A stretch of 35,356 bases of DNA from Deltaproteobacteria bacterium (GTDB taxonomy: Bacteria > Desulfobacterota > Anaeroferrophillalia > Anaeroferrophillales > Anaeroferrophillaceae): positions 1-35,356 of the forward strand of contig JAFDMG010000005.1 of NCBI GenBank assembly GCA_019306045.1, read 5' to 3'. A program made the translations under genes and the position numbers. Shown piece by piece: positions 26,082 through 34,426 of this stretch. How positions within the stretch are numbered: position 1 is the first letter of the stretch; the number at the start of each line of letters is the position of its first letter. The notes beneath the pieces are model-generated. The model was not told where the DNA came from. It made no database searches and saw nothing but the letters and a program-made list of their open reading frames with translations.

Positions 26082-27974
26082 TCAACCCACATTCATTCCA
26101 TCCAAGAAAATCCTGCACCACCACTCAAAACTGAGGAAGGACCAGAGCAATAAACGGTGATTCTGCCGACCGGCAACATGCTCTTCAACTATTCGCCTGA
26201 CATAGCGAGGATTGATAAAATCACGGTAGGAAGCCCGTTTATTGAGCAGAATTTCTTTTACATACGCCAGGGATTCCCCGCGATACCAGGATTCGTCGGG
26301 AGCAGAAAAACCCTGCTTCTTACGTTTGAGGATATCTGCTGACAAAATCTCCGCCATGGCCTGCCGCAGAACATTCTTCCCCTCACTGGCGGCCCGGTAA
26401 CGACGCAGCTTACGGGTTTCATTCTCATCCATGCGTTTGATCTGCTCGAAATTGGCCAGTTTATGGACAATGGGAATTCGCTGGGAAAAATCAACCAAAT
26501 CGTTGTCCAAAAATGGCACCCGTTCTTCCAAGCCATGAGCCATCGACAATTTATCTCCCACCAGCAAAAGACCGGCCAGAAAAGTTTTGATTTCAAAATA
26601 GAGCGAGTTGGCAATATGTTCTTCGGGAGTATCGTATTTTAACCGTTCATTGAAAGTGAACACCCGACTGAAAGTGCGAAAAGTATCCCACTCACGCACC
26701 TGACGGCGGATATCATCGGTAAATAACTGTTCTTTTTTATCCTGATCAGAAACCAACCGCTGCCAGAAAGAATAATACTGCCGAAAATAATCGTCCCGGC
26801 CGAGTGCTCCGGAAACCCGGTAGTAACGCCAGGGATAGCCGGCATACAACTCATCCCCTCCGGCGCCGGACAAACAAACCTTAACAAAACGGGAAGCCAG
26901 GCGGGAAACATAAAAGTTCGGGTAGCTCATCCCCAAACGCAAATCTTCCAGATGCCAAACCAACCGCGGCAGAGCCCAGCTGATATCGGAAGAATTTACC
27001 ACTTGCTGGTAATGCTCGGTTTTGAAATGGCAGGCGATCAGTTCCGCCTCCCGCCGTTCATCAAAATTTGCTTCCACCCCGGTAACCGCCGAAAGGTCGA
27101 AGCCGCAGGTAAAGGTCGCCAGGCGGGGAATGAATGATGACGCCACCGCCACGATGGAACCCGAATCCATACCCCCGGAGAGATAACTGCCCACCGGCAC
27201 ATCGCTAATCAGCTGCCGGGTTACCGCCTGTTTAAAAAGACGGGACGTTTCCTCGCGGGCTTCCTCCAGGCTCATGCGCTCTTCACGATCAGTGAAATTA
27301 TAATCCCACCAGGTATGGCGCTGGAGTTCCGGCTCGGACTCGCTGATCCAGCGGATGGATGCCGCCTGCAATAGATTGATGCCTTTGAAAAGAGTATGAT
27401 AGCGAAAAAGGTTCTGAAAAGTGAAATATTCGTTAAGGGCATCGGGATTGATGGTCACAGAGATTCTGGCATGGGCCAGAACAGCCTTAATCTCCGAGGC
27501 AAACACCAAGGTCTTGCCAACCATCGTCCAGTAAAGGGGTTTGATGCCATAGCGGTCCCGCACCAGGTAAAGACGGCGGCGGCGGCCATCCCAGAGAGCG
27601 AAGGCAAACATGCCGTTCAATTTTTTGACCACATCAATACCCCAGGCTTCATAGCCATGGAGCAACACTTCCGTATCGGTACGGGAATGAAAGTGGTATC
27701 CAAGGGCTTCCAGCTCTCCCCGAAGATGAAGAAAGTTATAGATTTCACCGTTATAAACCAGAGCCACCTGGCCGTCGGCCGACAACATCGGCTGATGTCC
27801 GGCAGGGGAAGGATCTAAAATAGCCAGCCGCCGGTGTCCTAAAGCAATATTGACATCGATAAATTGTCCTTCGTCATCCGGACCACGGTGAATCATTGCT
27901 TCGGTCATCGACCGGATGAGAGAATGGGATATGGGCTCGCCATCCAGATTGAAAATGCCGCAGATACCACACAT
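26082..27974 (-). CDS. AsnB-family glutamine amidotransferase (WbpS-like, probably sugar amidation)
   Basis: MCGICG, HRGPD, GHRRLAI, YNGEIYN, RDRYGIKPLY, LSGGMDS, SGAGGDE, KKQGF; sits among glycan genes. Confidence 0.9.
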   Translation of the reverse strand: MCGICGIFNLDGEPISHSLIRSMTEAMIHRGPDDEGQFIDVNIALGHRRLAILDPSPAGHQPMLSADGQVALVYNGEIYNFLHLRGELEALGYHFHSRTDTEVLLHGYEAWGIDVVKKLNGMFAFALWDGRRRRLYLVRDRYGIKPLYWTMVGKTLVFASEIKAVLAHARISVTINPDALNEYFTFQNLFRYHTLFKGINLLQAASIRWISESEPELQRHTWWDYNFTDREERMSLEEAREETSRLFKQAVTRQLISDVPVGSYLSGGMDSGSIVAVASSFIPRLATFTCGFDLSAVTGVEANFDERREAELIACHFKTEHYQQVVNSSDISWALPRLVWHLEDLRLGMSYPNFYVSRLASRFVKVCLSGAGGDELYAGYPWRYYRVSGALGRDDYFRQYYSFWQRLVSDQDKKEQLFTDDIRRQVREWDTFRTFSRVFTFNERLKYDTPEEHIANSLYFEIKTFLAGLLLVGDKLSMAHGLEERVPFLDNDLVDFSQRIPIVHKLANFEQIKRMDENETRKLRRYRAASEGKNVLRQAMAEILSADILKRKKQGFSAPDESWYRGESLAYVKEILLNKRASYRDFINPRYVRRIVEEHVAGRQNHRLLLWSFLSFEWWCRIFLDGMNVG

Positions 27975-29071
27975 CAGCAGGCTACCAGCCTTTCAACCAC
28001 TTCTTCCTGATCATTCCGACTCAGCTCATGATACAAGGGCAAGGCCAGGCAATGCTCGCCTACATACTGGCTGCCAACGGGTTTTTCCCTGATTAAACAT
28101 CGGTTCCCGGCATTGAAAGCCGGATGCTGATGTAAACAATATGTGCCGATCTGAACTTCAATGCCGGCAGCTCGCAGCCGTTTGAAAACCCGGTCACGAT
28201 TTGCCACCAGGACGCAAAAAGTTTGATATGAATGCTCCCCCCCCCTGGTGGTGCGGGGCAGAGAAACGGCCTTGACGCCGGACAATAAATCGATATACGT
28301 GGCGGCCAGTTCGCGCCGGCGCGCCAGAAGCTCATGGACATATTCCATCTGTGCCAGACCGATGGCCGCCAGCACATCACTCATCTTGTAATTGGTGCCG
28401 ATCATTTGAAAAACCGCCCGCTGCCGGTCACTATCCTGCCCCAAGCCAAAATGTTTATAGGAAACAAGCCAGTCACGGCCTTCCCGGAAAGCCGTGGTAA
28501 TCAGACCACCTTCGCCGGTAGTAATGAATTTACGGGGGTGGAGGCTGAAAACCGAAAAATCAGCAAAGCTTCCCACTTTCCTCCCCCGGAATTCAGCCCC
28601 AAAGGCACAGGCCGCATCTTCAATAATCGCAATGCCATAATTTTTTTTGATTGCAGCCAGGCGATCATAATCCAAAGGATTGCCAAACAGGGACACGGGA
28701 ATCACCGCTCTGGTTCTGGAAGTTATCGCCTTTTCCAAAGCCTCGTAATCAATCAGCATCGTTTCCGGGTCCACATCAACAATCACTATGTCAGCGCCAA
28801 CGATGGCCACGACATCGGCAGTGGCGGGATACGTATAATCGGGAACTATCACTTCGTCTCCGGGACCAATCCGGTAATAACGCAGTACTGCCTCCAGGCC
28901 CACAGTACAAGAAGTCATGGCCAGACAATAGGAAGCCCCCAGATACTCCCTGCAGGCATGTTCAAAAGCCGCGGTTACCTTGCCTTCCGTCAAGTAACCG
29001 CTTGCCAGAACCTCCAACACCCGTTCCCCGACGGTTGCGGGTAAAAAAGGTTTAATCAGAGGAATTCTCAT
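27974..29071 (-). CDS. DegT/DnrJ/EryC1/StrS PLP-dependent sugar aminotransferase
   Basis: IGPGDEVIVP, IEDAACAFG, FSLHPRKFITTGEGG, GTNYKM, LALPLY; real start is ATG 29071. Confidence 0.92.
   Translation of the reverse strand: MRIPLIKPFLPATVGERVLEVLASGYLTEGKVTAAFEHACREYLGASYCLAMTSCTVGLEAVLRYYRIGPGDEVIVPDYTYPATADVVAIVGADIVIVDVDPETMLIDYEALEKAITSRTRAVIPVSLFGNPLDYDRLAAIKKNYGIAIIEDAACAFGAEFRGRKVGSFADFSVFSLHPRKFITTGEGGLITTAFREGRDWLVSYKHFGLGQDSDRQRAVFQMIGTNYKMSDVLAAIGLAQMEYVHELLARRRELAATYIDLLSGVKAVSLPRTTRGGEHSYQTFCVLVANRDRVFKRLRAAGIEVQIGTYCLHQHPAFNAGNRCLIREKPVGSQYVGEHCLALPLYHELSRNDQEEVVERLVAC
28237..28245 (-). repeat. G9 homopolymer in the aminotransferase coding strand
   Basis: C9 on the plus strand; reads AGG GGG GGG GAG (RGGE), currently in frame. 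Confidence 0.8.
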
Positions 29072-30002
29072 ATATCTTCCCCAAGTAGCCCGGTTCAAGG
29101 TAAAACATTTTCCAGTGGTCACAATGGTCACAGGGAGGCAAATTACCAACTTCTCCCGAGAGATGTGTTCCTCTGACGTTCTCATATGCCGGCGAATTCC
29201 AAATCTCGGCAATTGACTGCCGGTTGAGATCACCAAGGCTCTGCGTCTTCGCCCTAGTCCAGTCGTGGTTACACAAGGCAACCTGCCCATCCCAATAAAT
29301 TATCATATCTGTAAACGGCTTCCAGCATGGCCGGCGTTGGGCGAAAGCCGGCAGGGGATCGGCGATACTGCCAGGATAACCGTCTTGTGAGTGCTCAATG
29401 TAAATACGCACCCGATCAACCAGAGGCCGCCAGAAAGCCACGAAAGCCTCCATTCCTGGTCGATGCAATTCCGTGGCCACTGATGAAACCTGTACCTGTG
29501 GCAGGTTAGTTCCTTTTTGCTGTTTCAGTTCCAAAAACTGCAAAATGTTGTGAACAACTTTTTCGTAACAGCTTCCCCGACGCGTCTGGTGGTAAATTTC
29601 CGGATCGATCGTATCCACCGAAAAAGAGATAAAGTCCAATTCCAGATCAAGAATTTTTTCCGCCGCCTGCCGATCAAGTCGCATGCCATTAGAGGTCAAT
29701 TGCAGCGGCCCGATTCCACGGCTTTTGGCGTATTGAAGAATCTCAAACCAATCCGGATGTAGCAAACTTTCACCTCGAAAAAATGGCACCAAAGTCACCG
29801 GCAGATACTGCGTCATCTCATCGATCAGGCATTTTGCCAGTTTTGCATCCATGTAACCCTGGTGTTTTGCCATCAATTTTCGGGGACAAAAAGTGCAGCT
29901 CAGGTTGCAACAATTGGTCAATTCCAGGGTAATGCGATCAGGAAAAGGACCGGCTACCGGAATACGCTGTTCAGATTTATTGATGGCAATTTCATTCATC
30001 AT
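29052..30002 (-). CDS. Radical SAM protein with SPASM/twitch domain
   Basis: ELTNCCNLSCTFCPR (CxxxCxxC), RGESLLHP, TSNG, C-terminal CWKPF...DGQVALCNHDW...CDHC. Confidence 0.92.
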   Translation of the reverse strand: MMNEIAINKSEQRIPVAGPFPDRITLELTNCCNLSCTFCPRKLMAKHQGYMDAKLAKCLIDEMTQYLPVTLVPFFRGESLLHPDWFEILQYAKSRGIGPLQLTSNGMRLDRQAAEKILDLELDFISFSVDTIDPEIYHQTRRGSCYEKVVHNILQFLELKQQKGTNLPQVQVSSVATELHRPGMEAFVAFWRPLVDRVRIYIEHSQDGYPGSIADPLPAFAQRRPCWKPFTDMIIYWDGQVALCNHDWTRAKTQSLGDLNRQSIAEIWNSPAYENVRGTHLSGEVGNLPPCDHCDHWKMFYLEPGYLGKIYENSSD

Positions 30003-30027
30003 TTATCAGCTCACCCCGCCATGAACA

Positions 30028-31221
30028 CTAACCTGCTCCCAAAAGGGAGGTAAATTGTTGCAAATAGATTTTCCCGCCAGGTTTTATGCCCGTAAAATAG
30101 GAAGCCATATCTTTTTTCGCCTGCCTGGCAAGGCATTGCAACTGCTCAGGGTTGCGACTGGCCCAGATAACTTTTGTCACCAGATCCATCACGTCGTCCG
30201 GTTTGATAAAAATGGCATTTTGACCATCAACCCAGGGAGTGTCGCGGTTATCGGAAGAATCAACCAACAATTGGGGCTTGCCAGCCATGGTAATCTCCTG
30301 GCTGACGGCATTAAAAGCAATGCCGCCCACCCCCAAATGACTGAATTGCAGGTAGTGCATCACATTGGTTTTGGCCCCAAGGATGGTAACCCTGTCTGCC
30401 AGCTTGAGGTCCTTGATCAAGTCCTCCATTTCCTTTCTCAACTCACCGCTCCCCAGATAAAAAAGATGGAAATTGAGATCTTTTTGTTTCCAAACCGAAG
30501 CCGCCTGAATCAGAGCCAGCAATGGTAGATTATTGTCCCTGATTTTCAGCCGTTCAAACCTGCCGATATAAGTAATAATGAAAGGATGGTTCCTGTTTTG
30601 CAGAATAGCAGCCATATCCGCCGGCATCTCCCGTACCGGCTCATTTTCATAAACAATCAAGGGGAGGGTCAGATAACGGGCGGGAAATCTTTTTTTATAC
30701 TCTTCGTTCCAGGGCTGAGGGCCAAAACAATCAATGGCAGCATCCACCTGCCGGTGAATGAAACGATTGAGCCAAGATGGTAACAAACGGATGTCACTGC
30801 CCCGTACCGTGAGCACGATCTTGGTACCAAACATCCATTTTGCTGGCAAAGACAGCAAAGCGGCAAGACTCCACTGAGCATGAATTATGTCCGCCCACCG
30901 ACCATGTAAAAAAATCTTTCCGGCCATCACCAAGAGGAAAAACGGGATTTGCAACATCGACAGCCAGGAAAGTTCAGCATACAATGGCTTGCCAGCCCTT
31001 TTTAAACATTGCCAACGAACAGGGAAAAAATAATCAAACCTGAAAACACTGATCCCCGGTTCTGGATTTTCATAATGGGGAACAGTAGCGAAACGGGGGG
31101 TTATCACCCGCACCACAGCCCCATTGGCGGCATAAGCCCGCGCTTCCGCCAGCACGAATTTACCATCATAATTTTCTTCTGGCAAAAAGGGAAAACTGAA
31201 AGTTGGCATTAAGATATTCAT
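30028..31221 (-). CDS. GT-B (GT4-like) glycosyltransferase
   Basis: DIIHAQW, VLTVRGSD, YIGRF, LGSGELR, VTILG, EITMAGKP, PDDVMDL. Confidence 0.8.
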   Translation of the reverse strand: MNILMPTFSFPFLPEENYDGKFVLAEARAYAANGAVVRVITPRFATVPHYENPEPGISVFRFDYFFPVRWQCLKRAGKPLYAELSWLSMLQIPFFLLVMAGKIFLHGRWADIIHAQWSLAALLSLPAKWMFGTKIVLTVRGSDIRLLPSWLNRFIHRQVDAAIDCFGPQPWNEEYKKRFPARYLTLPLIVYENEPVREMPADMAAILQNRNHPFIITYIGRFERLKIRDNNLPLLALIQAASVWKQKDLNFHLFYLGSGELRKEMEDLIKDLKLADRVTILGAKTNVMHYLQFSHLGVGGIAFNAVSQEITMAGKPQLLVDSSDNRDTPWVDGQNAIFIKPDDVMDLVTKVIWASRNPEQLQCLARQAKKDMASYFTGIKPGGKIYLQQFTSLLGAG

Positions 31222-31228
31222 TAAAAAA

Positions 31229-32176
31229 CTATTTGAGCTCTTTATTGTATTCCATGTCAAACCACATGGCGAAAAAAAGCGACTGCAAACCAGTGATAAA
31301 AAGAAAAGCCGCAAACAAAGCGCTGGTAGGCGCCACGCTGTGTCCGGCAAGCCTGACCAGTAGCAGGTAAAGGCCAAACAGCAAACCGGATGGAGTCAGG
31401 GCCATACCCATAAGATAAAAAAACAACAGGGGATGGAAGTCCCGAATAACATATTTTTCAAACATCCGCCGCCAAAAACCTTTGAACAATAGCGCCGGAA
31501 TCGTAAACATAACTTTTCTCACTTTAATACCTGAACGCTCGCCAACGTTGTAAATCGGCCGGATGGAAACATCTTTAACCCGGAAATGAGCAATGTTCAA
31601 CTTGATCAACAAGTCATTGGGCATACCGTAACGGGGATAAATATCATCTAAATCAAGGCGCTGGAGAGCCGCCAAGGAGATGGCGGTATAACCGCTCTGA
31701 GAATCGGCAATATGCCAATAACCGGAGGCAATTTTGGTAAACAGCGAAAGAAAGGAGTTGCCGATGTAACGATATTTGGGAATCATATCCCATGATTCCC
31801 CCCGAAAAAGACGGTTTCCCTTGGTATAGTCATATTCACCACGACAAACAGGACCGACGATGCGCGGCAGATCATCGGGATCCATCTGGAAGTCAGCCGC
31901 CATGACGGCAGTCACATCCACTTGATGATCCCGGGCCCACTTGTAGCCGGTGGCAATGGCTCCCCCAACCCCTTGATTATTCTCATGTATCAACAGCACC
32001 AGTCGCGGCTCGTCCTTCATCAGAGCCTCCACGGTCGCCACGGTTTCATCGGTACTGCAGTCATCAACAACAACTATGTGATCAACAAAATCAGGAATAC
32101 TACGAACGACTTTGCCGATCAGCAGTTTTTCATTATAAGCAGGGATAACCACGGCAACACTTTTATCAGCAAACAT
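31229..32176 (-). CDS. GT2 glycosyltransferase with C-terminal TM helices (polyprenol-phosphate glycosyltransferase-like)
   Basis: VVIPAYNE, VVDDCSTD, NQGVGGAI, AADFQMDP, KGNR, DSQSGY, two hydrophobic C-terminal helices. Confidence 0.88.
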   Translation of the reverse strand: MFADKSVAVVIPAYNEKLLIGKVVRSIPDFVDHIVVVDDCSTDETVATVEALMKDEPRLVLLIHENNQGVGGAIATGYKWARDHQVDVTAVMAADFQMDPDDLPRIVGPVCRGEYDYTKGNRLFRGESWDMIPKYRYIGNSFLSLFTKIASGYWHIADSQSGYTAISLAALQRLDLDDIYPRYGMPNDLLIKLNIAHFRVKDVSIRPIYNVGERSGIKVRKVMFTIPALLFKGFWRRMFEKYVIRDFHPLLFFYLMGMALTPSGLLFGLYLLLVRLAGHSVAPTSALFAAFLFITGLQSLFFAMWFDMEYNKELK

Positions 32177-32206
32177 GCATCTTCCTCATCAATAACAGTA
32201 CTCTCT

Positions 32207-33784
32207 TCAATCAACCACCACAACCACTTCCTCATTTTGCAATTCGTAACTTTGCTCGCAGGCCTTACAAGAACATTTACCGTTTGCATTGAATTCCAAT
32301 CGTTGTCCGCAGGCACAGACCCAGCCAACCAGGCGAGCAGGATTCCCCGTCACTAAGGCATAATCAGGCACATCGCAGGTAACCACGGCCCCGGCGCCAA
32401 CAAAGGCATAGCGGCCAATATTATTGCCGCAAATTATCGTGGCGTTGGCCCCAATGGTCGCCCCTTTGCCTACCAGGGTGCGGCGGAATTCATTCTTGCG
32501 GGAAATATGAGCCCGGGGATTGATGACATTGGTAAAAACCATGGAAGGACCACAAAAAACATCATCCTCAAGTTCAACCCCGGCATAGATGCTGACATTG
32601 TTTTGGATTTTACAACCTGAACCAATGCACACTCGTGGAGCTACCACGACATTCTGCCCCAATACACAATTAGAACCAATTTTCGCCTCATCCATCAAAT
32701 GGCAAAAATGCCAGATTTTTGTTCCCACACCAATCTTCACTTTATCATCCACCACGGCAGTCGGATGAACAAAATATGGCCTTGCCGTTTTCTTTTCCCG
32801 AGACTGGCTTTTCTTCTCCGACATTAATGCCTGTTGACAACTTTCCAGCACACTGAGAACGCGCAGACCTTCTTCGCCACTGGTCCTTGGCTCTTGCCGC
32901 GAGGCAAGGCAATCCAGAAAATGACGTAATTCCTCTTTTAAAGGTTCAACCTTCGGCAATGCTATTTTCTCGGCCTTGGCCTTGCAGGGCACCGCTTCAA
33001 CTCCATGCCACTCTATACTATGGGGATAAACCAGGAGCTTGTCTTCAGGTTCCGTATCGTTAAAAACCACCATTCGCCGGTCGCCAACCACCACCAGCCG
33101 TTGCTCCTTGAAAGGATGAAGCCAGGAGACAAAAATATGAGCCCGAACACCGCTGGGGAAAGCCAACTGACTGACCGTCACATCGGCGATGTGCGGATTA
33201 AGATAATTGCCGCCACCGGCGGTTACCGATGACGGCAACTCGCTGGCCAGGCCCAAAATAACTGAAATATCATGGGGGGCAAAAGACCAGAGGATGTTCT
33301 CTTCCCGGCGGATTTTGCCCAGATTGAGCCGGTGGGAATAAATATATTGCAGGCGTCCTAGAAAGCCAGTATCGATCATCTCTTTGATTTTCAGCACCGC
33401 CGGGTGGTACCAAAGCAGATGCCCGACCATTAGTATGGCCTTGGCAGCCTGTGCGCGCTGGACCAAATCTTCCCTATAATCCGCCGTCGAGCACAGGGGT
33501 TTCTCCACAAAAACGTCCTTGCCGGCTGCCAGAGCTTTACAAACCATCTGGTAATGCATCTCGGCCGGCGTGGCAATGGCTACCGCGGCAATCTTCTCAT
33601 CAGCCAGCAGCTGCTCCATGGAGGTGGTAATCGCAACATCGGGATATAGCTTGTTTATTTCCTGTAAAGATTCTAAATTACGATCGCAAACTGCGGCCAA
33701 AGCCCCCAGCTCATAAAAATTCCGCACCAGATTGCGGCCCCAATAGCCACTGCCGATTACTGCCACCCGAAAGTTTGTTGACAA
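32207..33784 (-). CDS. Fusion of a Gfo/Idh/MocA oxidoreductase (WbpB-like) and an LbH N-acetyltransferase (WbpD-like)
   Basis: N-part VIGSGYWG, FVEKP, VGH, APHD; C-part FVHPTAVVD, KIQNNVSIY, CGPSMVFTNVINPR, GNPAR, Zn-ribbon CACG..CKAC; TTG start after GGGAG. Confidence 0.9.
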   Translation of the reverse strand: MSTNFRVAVIGSGYWGRNLVRNFYELGALAAVCDRNLESLQEINKLYPDVAITTSMEQLLADEKIAAVAIATPAEMHYQMVCKALAAGKDVFVEKPLCSTADYREDLVQRAQAAKAILMVGHLLWYHPAVLKIKEMIDTGFLGRLQYIYSHRLNLGKIRREENILWSFAPHDISVILGLASELPSSVTAGGGNYLNPHIADVTVSQLAFPSGVRAHIFVSWLHPFKEQRLVVVGDRRMVVFNDTEPEDKLLVYPHSIEWHGVEAVPCKAKAEKIALPKVEPLKEELRHFLDCLASRQEPRTSGEEGLRVLSVLESCQQALMSEKKSQSREKKTARPYFVHPTAVVDDKVKIGVGTKIWHFCHLMDEAKIGSNCVLGQNVVVAPRVCIGSGCKIQNNVSIYAGVELEDDVFCGPSMVFTNVINPRAHISRKNEFRRTLVGKGATIGANATIICGNNIGRYAFVGAGAVVTCDVPDYALVTGNPARLVGWVCACGQRLEFNANGKCSCKACEQSYELQNEEVVVVVD

Positions 33785-33824
33785 GATCTTCTCCCTTAAC
33801 TACTACTGGTTAAAATTACTGTTT

Positions 33825-33854
33825 ACGTTCACAACCTAACGTTCGACAACCTAA
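33825..33854. repeat. Near-perfect tandem direct repeat ACGTTC(G)ACAACCTAA x2
   Basis: ACGTTCACAACCTAA (33825-33839) and ACGTTCGACAACCTAA (33839-33854). Confidence 0.7.
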
Positions 33855-33873
33855 ATAAAAAACTTAAAAACAT

Positions 33874-33907
33874 AAAAAAGGCTTCTGGAAACCCAGAAGC
33901 CTTTTTT
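33874..33907 (-). terminator. Intrinsic terminator after the pilin gene (potentially bidirectional)
   Basis: AAAAAAGGCTTCTGG-aaac-CCAGAAGCCTTTTTT, perfect 15-bp arms including the A/T tracts. Confidence 0.88.
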
Positions 33908-33930
33908 GAGCTTTGCAAAAACCCATAAAA

Positions 33931-34407
33931 TCAGTCGAACAACCACCTGAAGATAGAATATCCTTGCAGACCCGGTACATTGGTATCGGCAACGGGGTTG
34001 ATATCATTATTGTCAATGGTCCATCGGTCAGTATTACCATCAATTACTGCTTGTGCCTCAATGGTAAAAGATGGGGCAGTTGAGGCATTAGTAACTTTCA
34101 GGACGTAATCCCCACGGGTAAAACTGTTGTCAGCTACGCCGCTGTCATCAAACCCCGGTAAAATATCAATCGTACTGGCATAACGGTTGTTTTCGCTAAA
34201 AAACTGCTCTTCCGCCATCTGGGCTGCTTTAAGACCGATGATCGCATCCGATTGATGGGCACGGTTAATATAATTTCTATACATCGGTATAGCTACAGTC
34301 GCCAAAACTGCCAAAATGGCCACTGTAATCATCAACTCCACGAGTGTAAAACCTTTTTTTTTGTTCGGCAATGGATTTCCCGTCAGCAATTTTTTTACCA
34401 CGGACAT
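33931..34407 (-). CDS. Type IV pilin (PilA/PilE-like), 139-aa mature chain
   Basis: Class III signal KKKG|FTLVELMITVAILAVLATVAIP with E5 and P22; start at ATG 34407 by AAGGGG spacing. Confidence 0.92.
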   Translation of the reverse strand: MSVVKKLLTGNPLPNKKKGFTLVELMITVAILAVLATVAIPMYRNYINRAHQSDAIIGLKAAQMAEEQFFSENNRYASTIDILPGFDDSGVADNSFTRGDYVLKVTNASTAPSFTIEAQAVIDGNTDRWTIDNNDINPVADTNVPGLQGYSIFRWLFD

Positions 34408-34426
34408 ATTCATACCCCTTTCTTTC

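Noticed and set aside
26082-30002. RiPP cluster (radical SAM/SPASM plus AsnB-like lasso cyclase)
   Set aside because: No precursor peptide, RRE or peptidase seen; AsnB has an intact glutaminase N-terminus and all neighbours are sugar enzymes
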